In this document: piece after piece, positions 49,100 to 61,040 of the stretch
Numbering within the stretch: position 1 is the first letter of the stretch
Layout of the letters: each line of letters starts with the position of its first letter
DNA from: Octopus vulgaris
Taxonomy: Eukaryota
Reading direction: 5' to 3'
Length of the DNA: 64,000 nucleotides
NCBI GenBank assembly: GCA_951406725.2
Contig: OX597822.1
Span: 81,902,001-81,966,000 of the forward strand
Program-made: the position numbers and the translations under genes
Notes under the pieces: generated by a model
The model's database searches: none
What the model was told of the DNA's origin: nothing
Seen by the model: the letters and a program-made list of their open reading frames with translations, nothing else

Positions 49100-49430
49100 A
49101 GTGGAGGCACATGGCTCAGTGCTTAGTGAAGACACATGGCTCTGAGGTAGTGAGTTCAATCTCCAGATCGGGCTGTGTGTTGTGTTCTTGAGCAAGACAC
49201 TTTATTTCACATTGCTCCAGTTCACTCAGCTGTAGAAATGAGTTGTGATGTCACTGGTGCCAAGCCGTATTGGCCCCTTTGCATAACATCAGTGGCTGGA
49301 GAAGGGAGGCTGGTATGCATGGGCAACTACTGGTCTTCCATAAACAACCTGCCTGGACTTGTGCCTTGGAGGGTAACTGTCCAAGTGCAATCCCATGATC
49401 ATTCATAAGCAAAGGAGATCTTTACTCTTT
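49100..49430 (+). mobile_element. tRNA-derived SINE family C
   Basis: A/B boxes then cttgagcaagacactttatttcac core; related copies at 52125-52240(-), 55340-55595(+) and 63160-63415(-). Confidence 0.7.
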
Positions 49431-51204
49431 TTATCTACAAACAAGGGGTGAAGGAAAAACCATGCCACATTCGAAGAAGTTTCTTATGAGGCATTGTGTG
49501 ACTGTTTAGTTCAGTCTGTCCTAGAACCTGGAGTTGTCTTGTACAAATGTCTGGAACTCTTGGATGTGACAAGAATGGAAGCACATGTCGCTCACCTACC
49601 TCAACGTTCTGCAAAGAGTTTAGGTGCCAAAAAGCGGTCTTTTATAGGATACAAAAAAAAGATTCTAGAAAATTGAATCACATGATGGCTTGATGCTGAT
49701 TGGTTGTTTAACAGACCAATCACATGAAACTATTGTGATTCATTTGAGGTTTTAGAGAATAATTCTGCTTCAGAGTTAAATGTCTTGATCATAAACACAA
49801 CACAGTCTCAGCTATAGAATATAAACTGTTAGTCTCTCGGTTGATTGCTTCTCTAAATTGTACCCTACTAGCTCAACCATCTGCACTCAAACCTTATTTT
49901 AAGCCCCTAAAATACTGACGAAGGGCTCTGCCTAATATGGCAGATATTTCAGTTTGTAATGGCATAGCATTGTGCACATGCATATATATATATCTGTATA
50001 TGCACCACATTTGTGTCTCTGTGTGCATATATATCTCCATGTGGCTGTCTACACATGTGTAAAAATACTGATATCTATAGAAACATGTTTGTATATGGGG
50101 GGCATATTTTCTTTTAATGTTTACTTAAGTTAAAGAAACTTATGTACTTTTTTGTTTTGTTTTTTAAACTTTTATTATTTGTCTTCTCTCTGCCCCTTTA
50201 TGCTGGTCCCTCTTAAACTTGAGGTCTACATCATCTCAACACCATACCTTCATTCTATGGCTACCATCTGTTTATTACATATCTAGCTTTTCCTGATTAC
50301 TTGACTGGCATTCTTGGTACTTTCTTATAACAACAACCATTGTTATTGTTGTTCTTTTGCCCTAGATCAGCTCTGATCAAGCTGAGTATGATTTGAGCAT
50401 TTCCAGCCATGACCACCCCATTTACAAACTATATATCCAAGATTACCCTGTCCTATACATCCTTTGTCTTTTTATAGATAGGCTGGTATTGGTTGAGGAG
50501 AATTTGTCTGCTATTTCTAACAGGTCTAGTGATCACATGCAGGTCACTCGTTGGCCCGAGTTCCTTTGAAGTAGAGTGGGGCAATGCTTTACAAAACATA
50601 TATGTCAGCTTGGTCGGTTCACTTCGATACAGAAAAGTGTTGGGGTGGGGGGTTGTGAATCAAAGAGTTGTTCTTTTCACTTTTCCAATAATTTTCCTAA
50701 AGAGGGAATTTCTTAATAAAAGATTTCTGAACATGTTATTAATAAGCATGGAAAATCCATTCTAATAAAAGCTATCTATAGAATTAACCATTTTCAACTG
50801 CTTTAGTCTGCCCATTCCACCTCTGGTCAGGTAATAAATTGGTCCTGTGTTCACTGCTATTTCCATTAAAGATGGAAAATGTTTCTGATAAAATTATAAC
50901 GTCTGGCATTTTCTCTTTTCATTTTTAATATTCTATTATCTGGCAGAATCTAAAATGCAAATTACTAATGATAATGGCAATTTCTTTAGATTTTTAACTG
51001 CACATTTTCAAAGTAGTGATGTAGTTAGCTAAATGGACCCCAATACATGACTGATATTTTTTCATTGGCTTTGGAGGGGTAAAAAGAAAAAAATTAGTCT
51101 TGGGCTGAAATTGAACCCAGGGAAACATTAAAGGTACTTTTTCCATTGTACTACCAATTCTGTTCGTCTACTGTCATAATAATAATAATAATATTAATGA
51201 TTTT

Positions 51205-51766
51205 AAGTGGCAAGCTATCAGACTTGTTAGCATGCTGGGCAAAATGTTCAATGGCATTTCATCTTTACATTCTGAGTTCAAATTCTGCCGAGGTGGACTT
51301 CGTCTTTCATCCTTTTGCAGTCGTAAAATAAGTACCAGTTATGTACTGGGGTTGATGTAATAGACTTGCCCTTTCCCCGAAATTGCAGGCTTTGTGTCAA
51401 AATTAGAAACCAATAATGGTCAGCATCATCATAATTTAATGCCCATATTCCATGTTGGCATGGGTTGGACAGTTTGACAGGATACAATGGACCCAAGGAC
51501 TGCATCATGCTCCAATGTCTTCTTTGGCAGGGTTTCTAGGGTTGGATGCCCTTCCTATCACCAGCCACTTTACAATGTAGCATGCCGGGCAAAATGCTTA
51601 GCAGTATTTCATCTGTCTTTATATTCTGAATTCAAATTCCACTGGGGTTGACTTTGCTTTTCATCCTTTCGGGGTCAATAAATTAAGTACTAATTACATA
51701 CTGGAGTCGATCTAATCAACCAGGGGCCCCAAAAATTTTAGAGCTTGTGCCTACAGTAGAAAAGAA
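51205..51766. mobile_element. Two + strand family B SINEs flanking a - strand RTE-type tail
   Basis: Matches at 51205-51410, 51425-51575 and 51578-51766. Confidence 0.75.
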
Positions 51767-53254
51767 TGTGTACAGAGTGCTTTTTTTCATAACAGCAACA
51801 TTAGTAAGGTTTGCCACTGTATATAAAATTCATCATCATCATTTTAATATCCACTTTCCCATGCTTGCATGTAGTAGTAGTAGTATATTGGCATGTGTTG
51901 TAACAGCACATCACTGCACCCACCATTTGTTGGTGATTCCCTTCTGGCAGATGACACCTTTGCACCACCCAGGCAACAACCCTCCTGCCCATGGGTTTCT
52001 TTTAGTAGTCATTGCTCATGAGGTCAGAGGGCAAATCCTGCCTAAACCTCTTTTAATCACTTTTTTACAACATGCAGAGGAAACGTTGCGTCTATTCTTT
52101 GACATGCTGGTCTCCTCACAGCACTAGAGAAACACGAAATGAAGTGTTTTGCTCAAGAACTCAACGTACCACCTGGTCCAGGAATTGACCCTGCAATCTG
52201 GCAATCATGAATGCAACCTTCTAACCACTTAGCCATATACCTCCAATATTTGCATGGATCAGACAAAATTTGTCGAGGCATCGTTTTACAACCAGATGCC
52301 ATTCCTGTTGCTAACCCTTGCTTATTTTTCAAATAAGGAATCTCATACAATATGCCTTTGAATGTGCTAAACCAGCAGACAATACATTAACAGAAGAATT
52401 GATAACATCACCTACTAACTTTTTTCTGTGTAAATCTTGAATATATCTATGTATAATTCGATATACATTAATAAAGATAAGTTTAACACATAATGTCTTC
52501 ATTAACGCCCCACTGAATTTAGGACATTTATATTACTTATGCAGTATTTTATATTTTTCAGCTAGAGTGTAGTTGGGTTTCAAGGGGGTGTTACAAACCT
52601 AGCAATATGTGTTTTATAGTGAAAACAAAATTTCCAATCAAATGGCAATTACCAGATGATTTCTGTTCGAGTCTAACCGTTTTAAGCCATAGTGGAAACG
52701 CAACCTATGTCGCAAATAGGCATATTGTTTAAATTTTATAATTGAAAAATTTATATTTTGCACATATGAATATATTGGCCTGTGGGTGCAATTGTGCCCG
52801 TGGGCGGGTGTTTCTCCACCTCTGGTTTTAGTGGATGACGCTCACCCAAGGTTACTGCAGAGTGGGATTGAACCCCAAAACATGTGGTTGGGAAGTTATG
52901 TATGGTTAACCATACTCCTATGCTCGCATGTGTTAGATGAATATGTTATTGTTTTATAGCTGAATTCCCTTCCCTTGCCAGTCCTGACCTGTTTCCTTTC
53001 CTTTGTTTGACACCTCCTTGAAGTCCCAAAGTGAGCCCACGATTTGTTGACAGGAGAAGCACCAACACCAACAAGAGCAACATTGCTGGTAGCAAGCAAC
53101 CTTCACAGAGCCCAAATATAAACAAACACACCAATATTTACATATAAGAGGCTTCACAAGGCTTTGGTTGGCCCACTGCCTTAGGTGCCATGCAGTAAGA
53201 CTGAACCAGGAGCTATGTTTGGAAAGCATGCAGCCACCCATACCTGTACCTAAT

Positions 53255-53692
53255 AATGGTTTCAAATTTTGGCACAAGGCCGGCAACTTTATCGGGAGGG
53301 GACTAATCAGTTACATTAACCCTGGTGTTTGTTTTATCAACCACAAAAGGGTGAAAGGCAAAGTTGACCTCAGCAGGATTTGAACTCAGAACGTAAAGAT
53401 AGACAAAATACCACTTAATGTTTTGTCTTGCATGCTAACGATTCTGCCACCTTAAAGGTGTAACTAATAATAATAATAATAATAATTGCTTCTACTGGAA
53501 GCACAAGGTCTCAAATTTGGGGGAAGAGATTAAGTCAGTTACATCAATCCCTGGTACTTGTTTAATCGACCTTGAAAGGATGAAAGGCAAAGTCAGCACC
53601 GTTGGAATTTGAACTCTGAACGTAGTGGCAGATAAAATACTGCTAAGCATTTTGCCCAGCATGCTAACGTTTCTGCCAGCTCACCACCTTAA
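53255..53692 (-). mobile_element. Two tandem family B SINEs
   Basis: Reverse matches separated by (aat)n. Confidence 0.8.
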
Positions 53693-54150
53693 AAAATAGT
53701 AATAATAATAATAATACTTATTCAGGGACCTTTTGAGTGGGATGGCCTACTCAACCTGAAGAAAATTCTAACTGGGCCCCACCTGCAAGGTCATGCGCTG
53801 TTTATCTTGATATGAGATCACTATGTCATGCACATATGGTTGTGGTGTATGTGCCTGGTGGGGTTTTGTATATTTTACCCCAGTGTCACTTTGATGGCAT
53901 GCACTGCTCTCTCACTCACTCACTCAATAATAATAATAACTGTTTCTAACAAGAGCACAAGGCCCGAAATTTGTGGGAAGGTGACAAGTCTATTACATCA
54001 ACTCCAGTACTTGACTGGTACTTTATTTTACTGACCCCCCAGAATTTACCTTAGTGACCTTAGAATGTAAAATGCTGCAAAAGGTACTGCAAGGTATTTT
54101 GTCAGATGCTCTACCAATTTCTATGAATCCTCTGTTGTAGGTAAAGATCA

Positions 54151-54335
54151 CACTTTTTCCCTTGAACTGCTAGACTTTGGAACTCTCTTCCATTTCATTA
54201 TTCTCCCACTTCTTATGACCTGAACTCTTTCAAATCTGAAGTAAATTCATTCCTTTTATCTTAACTTCTCTTTCTTTAAAACCCCTGACACTAAGTGGCT
54301 TCTCACCTTGTTTGGAACTTTCTAATTAAAAGAAA
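54151..54335 (+). pseudogene. CR1-group LINE ORF2 C-terminus and 3' UTR
   Basis: HFFP*TARLWNSLPFHYSPTSYDLNSFKSEVN (FFPRT..LWNSLP motif), then an A-rich tail. Confidence 0.75.
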
Positions 54336-55604
54336 AATATTTGGAAACTGGGTAGAAGCCCCTTTTGATGTATTTGTTCTTGAGTAGCAGACCTAATACA
54401 TATCCCCTCCTTCATAGTCCCTTCCATTGAGAGGTTTCTCGCCAAAAAGACAAAAACAAAACCCTAACACTTGACTCGCTTATTTTATTATGGTGAGATT
54501 TGAACCAAGACTAAAAGGTCCATAGCTAAACACCATGAAGCATTTTTTCCCCCCAGTGCTTTTCCACATTTCACTCTCCCAGCCTCTTTCTCTCTCTCTC
54601 TCTTGTATTTTTCTCTTTAAAACATTTACAGATGATGTTCCATCACTGCCCTCTCCCCACGACCCCTTTACCTCCCCTCCATACCAAACCATTAGCAATG
54701 CACTCTGATGTTTTTTCATGGCCCTCTCCACCTCTTCCAGGACTTTCAGGCCACTTATGAAATATGGATTATCATCATCAGCACCAGCATCAATCTTATT
54801 TGTATTATTTTCTTTCCTGTGCTTCATCTTTAATTCCATTGATTTTTGGTTAATGAAGCTTTCCTCTCCCAGCCCCTCTCTTTCCTTCTCTCCTACCCTT
54901 TTCCCCACTTCTGTCTCTACATTTTTTCCCCTCTCATCTCTCTCTCTGTTTTTATCTCTTTTTTTTTTTAGCTTTCCTATTTTTTATTTCAAGTTCTTTA
55001 TCACTTGTTGATGATGATGATGGTGGTGGTGGTGGAAGTTTTTTTTTTTAATATTTTAGTTTCAACTTTCTTGTTGTCTTCACTTTTATTACTGTTATTA
55101 GTTAACATCTCGTCCCCTCTGCCTGCTTTCTACTCTCTCTCTTTCTCTCAACATTTATTGATGTACCAGACAACCATCACTCCACTAGAAGCCATTTCCA
55201 CCATCACATACTTTTATAGTCATCATCATCATAATTTTATGGTACAGTATGATATTACTATGGTGATAATGATTATGGGAAAAAAATACCCCCAAAATAT
55301 GAATATCAACAGCACCCAAATTAAGTATAATTCGGGTTCTTGGTTAAGGTATTCAGCTTACGACTTTGTCCTTGAGCAAGACACTTTATTTCACATTGCC
55401 CCAGTCCACTCAGCCGGCAAAAATGAGTTGTACCTGTAATTCAAAAGGGTCCAGCCTTGTTACATTCTGTGTCACACTCAGTCTCCTGAGAGCTACATTA
55501 AGGGTACGCATGTTTGTGGAGCGCTCAGCCACATGCATGTTAATTTTATGAGCAGGCAGTTTTGTTGATCGGCTCAACTGGAACCCGTCAGTTTTCATAT
55601 ATAT

Positions 55605-55800
55605 ATTCTTTCATTTGTTTCAGTCATTTGACTGTGGCCATACTGGAGCACCGCCTTTAGTCAAGCAAATCAACCCCAGGATTTATTCTTTGTAAGCCTA
55701 ATACTTATTCTATTGGTCTCTTTTGCCGAACTGCTAAGTTACAGAGACATAAACACACCAGCATCAGTTGTCAAGTGATGTTGGGGTGACACACACACAC
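55605..55800 (-). mobile_element. SINE family A 3' half, CpG-decayed
   Basis: Matches the tail half with many CG>TG/CA changes. Confidence 0.8.
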
Positions 55801-55836
55801 ACAGACATATGTATGTATGTATATATACATAAATAC

Positions 55837-55882
<46 letters not shown>

Positions 55883-57388
55883 TGGAGTAAGCACATTCTA
55901 ACAAAACTGTCCAACAAACAGGAACATGAAACTCTGAGTAACAATTTTAGTGCTATTTCTGCTGCTTTTAATAAAGTGTGTGTGTGTGTATGTATATATA
56001 TGTTATATATATAGGAAAAGCGTATATTGTGTACACAAATGAACGGAAGACAGACACAGATAGTCCTTAATTTTTGATCACTTATCAACCAGATATTACT
56101 CAGTTTTGCACCATATATTTATATATTGGATTTATTTTCATTTTAAATTCATATGTGGAGTTTTATCTGTTTTGTAATTGATCATAGGCAAGATATTTGT
56201 CATAATTTTGGTGGTTGAGATAAAAAGTCAATAATTGAGATTAGGTTTCAAGTTTTAACAGCAGGTCCTCTTCTCCTTTTTCACTTTCTTTCTTTTCAAC
56301 TTGAACATTCCGACATGGAGTAGTAATATGCAAGGGGGGAGTGCCAAGAAAAACCAAGCCCCCCCCCCTCACCCTGGTTTGCAACCTGACTCGGAACAGT
56401 GGTTTTTGGAAATCAGTTATGGAGACTTTATGTTGTTTGTCTGTCTGTTAGAAATAGCAGCCAGATCTCTCTCAAGGAAGGATGGATATTTTAAATGATG
56501 TAGTCATAGGTACAGACTCGATGGCCAGAGCTGGAATTGGAAAGAGAGTAGAACACTTGACAAAATGCTTTAAAACAGTCCTAATCTTGTTCTCTTCTCC
56601 AAGTTCAACTCCTACTAAAGTTAACTGAATTCTTTAAGAGTGATTTTTTTTTTCTCCTTACTTTTACATGAGTTGTCATCACCATTGTCATTGTCATCAT
56701 CATCAACATTTTCCCTGCTGGCATGGCTTCTATGGCTGGATACCCTGCCTAACACCAACCACTTAACAAGTGTACTGGATGTTTTTTTTTTTTCATTCCA
56801 CTGACACCAGTGAGGTTGCCGAGTAATTTTCCAGATAGAAATAGAACTGAGAAAGTGGGGAAAGCCCCAGCAACTGGATGGGGTGGGGGAAGATTTGGGA
56901 GTGGGGAGCAGCTACTGAGAGGGAAATACATATGCAAGGACTAAAGATGTACTTGTAACAGTTTTTATGAACTTTACTCTCTCCCTTACAAAAACAGTCC
57001 GTAGACAGCTGAATGAACAGGATACTTGCTAATCGATGTAATTGACTCATTCCTTCCTCTCAAAATTGTTGTTCTTGTGTCTAAATAAGAAACAGTTCTG
57101 AGAGTTCACATCATTAGAAATTGTCTCTCTGAAAACTGCTTGTGTCCATATTCCTGACAATAACCTGCACTGATTACTTCTATTAATCAACTTAAAAGTC
57201 AGACCAAGGAGAGCTAAAATGTACCCTGAGTCTTTTACTGGTTTCACTCATTAAACTACAGCCATACTGAAGCACCACCTACAAAGGTTTAGTTAAACAA
57301 ATTAGGGAATAGGATTCCAAACTTTCAGGGAAAAATTCAATTGAGTAATACTAAATCAAATTGCACAATATATAATGCATGTATATAA

Positions 57389-57682
57389 ATTAGAGAAGCA
57401 CCACCAGGTAAAAATTAAACAATGATATACTTAAATCATACTTTATAGAAAAAAATTAAAGATACGATAAAACATTTACCTAGAACTAAATAAAGTACGA
57501 AATAATAAATAAATAGTATATAATTAGTAAATAGACATAAATATTATATAATTAGTAAATAGAGATACTATTTATTTATTCGTACTTTATTTAGTTCTAG
57601 GTAAATGTTTTAACGTATCTTTAATTTTTTTCTATATGGTATGATTTAAGTATTTCATTGCTGAATTGCTACATGGTGGTTC

Positions 57683-57688
<6 letters not shown>
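57389..57688. repeat. AT-rich fold-back inverted repeat with ~125-bp arms
   Basis: 57389-57519 is the imperfect reverse complement of 57565-57688. Confidence 0.85.
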
Positions 57689-57734
<46 letters not shown>

Positions 57735-57736
<2 letters not shown>

Positions 57737-57952
57737 CTTTATTGGCCACAGGGGTCTGAACAGGGAGGGGACAGACAAAGGGATTAAGTCGATTACATCG
57801 ATGCCAGTGCATAACTGGTACTTATTTGATCGACCCCGAAAGGATGAAAGGCAAAGCCAACCTCAGCGGGATGTGAACTCAGAATGTGACGGTAGACGAA
57901 ATACTACTAAGCATTTCACCCGGCGTGCTAGCGATTCTGCCAGCTCACCGCC
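57735..57952 (-). mobile_element. SINE family B
   Basis: Full monomer between (TA)n tracts. Confidence 0.8.
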
Positions 57953-57985
<33 letters not shown>

Positions 57986-59245
57986 CACACACACACATGT
58001 ATGTATGTATATTCTTACCGTCTGTCCTCCCTCAAGTTGTGTTAAACTTTTGATGATCTTCTGGATATGCCATCCCCAATTCTTTCGGTTCCTTTATCCT
58101 TCCTATTTTCTCCCACATTTCTGGAGCTAATTCCTCTTTCACCCTCCATCTATCCACATCATGCGTGTTTGTCCCTTTTCCCTAACATAGCACTCTTGTT
58201 TCCATGCCATCAGCCCTCATAGCATGAAGAAAGAATTTCAATATTTTGTCTTGACAATCAATGCTTGCAAAGTGCTCTCATCTATATTGCTTATAATGCT
58301 ATTAGACACCAAATGGCTTTTGTCTGTCTTCACCAAGCCTCCACCACTTCAGTCTATTCATTTAGATTCTTCATATTTACCAAGCTGTGTTTACTAACAG
58401 CTTTTCCTTCCCTGTCATTAGGCTTCTGCTTCTCCCCCCACCTCTCACATTAATGATAATTCCAGGACATGCAACGGTTTCTTGTTCCATGATGATAATA
58501 ATAATATACAATATGTCAGATAATTGAGGGGAGGAACCCTTCTTCTGTTTATCTTTTTTTTCCCCTTTCTATCTGTTAATTTATTTGCTTTCTATATTTT
58601 CATTTGAACATGTTTATTCTTCAGTGGTGGTCAGGCAACCCATCCTGTGTGGCATAGTATTATTTTTTAAACAATATGTACGGTTGTTTATTTAAAAATC
58701 GTCCATAGCACAAATGCAATCTATATATAGCTTGCTGAGTATTATAGAAATTATCCATCAATTATCTTAATCTTTTCTACTCTTAAGTCTGTCTGTTTGT
58801 CTCTCTGGTTGTCTGTCTGTTCATCTGTCCCACTGTCTGTCTGTTTGTCTCACTGCAGGGTTTCAAAGCTTTGACAAAAGTTGTTATTGTTAGTTGAAGA
58901 GTGGCGTGACAGAAATAGTAGATTGCGTGTTACTATTTAAATTACATCTTTTTGCTGAATTACTATTCCCAGTTCAAATCCCATTGGAGTCTGTCATCCT
59001 TCTGTAATCAGTAAAATAGAAATACTGTAACACGTCATATGTAATTATGTAATGAAATGAAAAACTTGACTTACTGATATTATCCCAGATGTTTAAAATC
59101 AAGAAGCAAGATAAGTTTAATAAACCAACTGGTGAAAGCAAGGGACATGTTTCAGTCTTATTAAACCTCCTCAGCAAAGACTTCTAATAAGAAAATAAGA
59201 ACTAATTGTTGTTTTACTCTGAGGAATTTGTTTGTGTTGCTGAAG

Positions 59246-59392
59246 CAGGTGTGGGCAACCATTTTCAAGAATTAGGATGCATAAGACATAACTTTTATCA
59301 TCTGGCAGGATGCACTCCTAAGCAATTCAAGGTAATTTTTTGTTAGGCATACCATCCAGAAACTCCAGTGGGCCACAAGTTAGCCATAGTTG
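59246..59392. mobile_element. hAT-like MITE
   Basis: caggtgtgggcaac left end; TSD tgctgaag / tgctgaac. Confidence 0.6.
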
Positions 59393-59593
59393 TGCTGAAC
59401 CCTTAGTCTTCTTCTTACCCTTTCTGGTAACGTACGGTACCACAACTACTACTGTTGATGTTTCTTATATTTCTACATTATTTTTTTACCTTTTTTTTTT
59501 TTTTTTTTTTTTTTTGTTAGAAAAAAATTCTTTTTTTTGTGAGCTGTAAAAATCCAATAAGTTTAATGGGTTGTGTTCTTCTCTGTTTTGCAG

Positions 59594-59679
59594 GGGGTGA
59601 ATGGGTTTGAAGAATTACGGAAGATAGTAAAGCAGGGGGCTGAGTTTGCCAAAGATGTGGCAAATATTATGCAAGAAAG
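59594..59679 (+). CDS. NOSTRIN: Internal coding exon, start of F-BAR (FCH) domain of a Nostrin-like protein (GVNGFEELRKIVKQGAEFAKDVANIMQE-R)
   Basis: Polypyrimidine tract plus ttttgcag acceptor; AG|gtaagt donor; 86 nt, phase 0 to phase 2, no stops. The peptide fits the invertebrate Nostrin pattern GxNGFEELRxxVKQGxxFxKxxxxIxQER. Confidence 0.85.
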
Positions 59680-59889
59680 GTAAGTCTTTTTAGATTTTCT
59701 TCAATTTACCTTTGTCTCTTTTTTCCTGAATGAAATAAAATCGGTGGAAACTGTGAGGAAGAGCCATCGGTAGACTGTTCTTGCATAGATTTTATGTTTT
59801 GTCCAGTTCAGCATTACCGATTGGGTCTTGAATGTCTTTAACAGATTCCTTTATGTTGCAGAGATTTGGAAAGATTTAGTAAAATTAAT

Positions 59890-60290
59890 CATTCATCCAT
59901 TTTCTCAACCCACTATTTTTGGGATGGTCATGGAGGTGCAATTATTTTGCTAGAATCTTCAGGCACCTTCTCCATAGAGTCTTATCAAAAGCAACTGTCA
60001 TTACACTTTCTGACAGGATTTCCAAGCATGACCAACTCAAATATGGTTATCATCCAGTCATCTTGTTCTTGGTCTACCCCTAAGTCTCCCTCCAGTTGGC
60101 TTGACTTGAAGAATTTGTCTTGAGAATTTTATCAGTAATGTTTTAACCACCTGCCCACGTTATCAGAGTTTTGGCTTCTCAATATGAAGAAAAAGTTGCC
60201 CAACCTGGAGAGATTGCCTGATCTCTGAGCTATGCACCCTATTTAGTAATGTTACTCTAGAAATTCTTCCGAAAAACCCTTTTCAGTCAC
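59890..60290 (-). pseudogene. RTE-clade LINE ORF C-terminal remnant
   Basis: Reverse translation GFFGRISRVTLLNRVHSSEIRQSLQV...HIEKPKL**RGQV...PTGGRLRGRPRTR*LD matches the RTE C-terminal GRRPRGRPRTRW motif. Confidence 0.8.
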
Positions 60291-60690
60291 TAGTATTCAG
60301 AACCCCATTTTGGCCACTTGTATTAGGAACCCTATTTCAACCAGTTAATCATTATAAAATTTTTAAAAAAGCATTTAAATGCTTCTCACATAAAACTATG
60401 TTGGAAGTTTTAAATTTAAGTATGAACAGTTTAAATCTTGAGGTTTTTGTATCATAGAACCAAGATCAGTCTGCTGTGGCTTGTATGGAAAGGATTGCAT
60501 CATAACTTCTTATTGTTTAACTCCAGGTCAAGCCTTTGATTGAAAAGCATTCCAGTTATGACCATCCAGTCTTTCAAGGAACTATATTGTACAATATAGT
60601 CTTTCTTTTAAAACAATAAAGTGTGAGTTGATTAGATTTTAGCTGTTATCTCAAGCAAGGCAAGTGACCATGTAGTGACTCATACATTGG

Positions 60691-61040
60691 TTATTACCTC
60701 CGCCATAGCAAAGGCAGAGGCATTGTTTGTCTGTGGAGAAGATATCTCAAGAATCACTGGTTGGATTCGGTTGAAACTTTCAGGGATGTTTGACCTCGTG
60801 ACTGGCACGAAATGATTAGATTTTGGGAACAATCCGATACCGGACAAGGATTCGGGATTATTTTTCCTGTCTTTTTACCTAATTTTTTGAGAGCGGTCAG
60901 GTTCATTTTTAGTATTCTCGTTTGTGAGAGCAGTCCAGTTTATTTCAGATATTCTCATTTTAAAAGCCATTCCGGCTAATCGTTGAGAGGACATTGGTGT
61001 TGCCTTGGCGGAGGTCTGCACTCTCTGAGTGCTCTTGTTT
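60691..61040 (+). mobile_element. Helentron-associated element (HINE/DINE-1-like)
   Basis: SubTIR acctccgcca / tggcggaggt, partial IR ggcagagg, gtttgtctgt tract, 3' hairpin gcactc-tct-gagtgc, T-rich flanks. Confidence 0.75.

Noticed and set aside
49915-49940. CTGACGAAGGGCTCTGCC hammerhead-like start
   Set aside because: The GAAA half of the core is missing; at best a relic.
51905-52115. Minus-strand peptide faintly like a copia gag (SD.KRF..L..DL.NDY)
   Set aside because: Multiple stops, short, and no LTR or pol context; too weak to call.
54718-55439. Hydrophobic ORFs that look like membrane proteins (also 62070-62471)
   Set aside because: Produced by CT-rich and GTT-rich low-complexity tracts.
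59862-60123. Next Nostrin exon after ttgcag
   Set aside because: The peptide does not follow the expected A.LE..Y.K.L pattern and runs into an antisense RTE remnant; the next exon is probably beyond the window.
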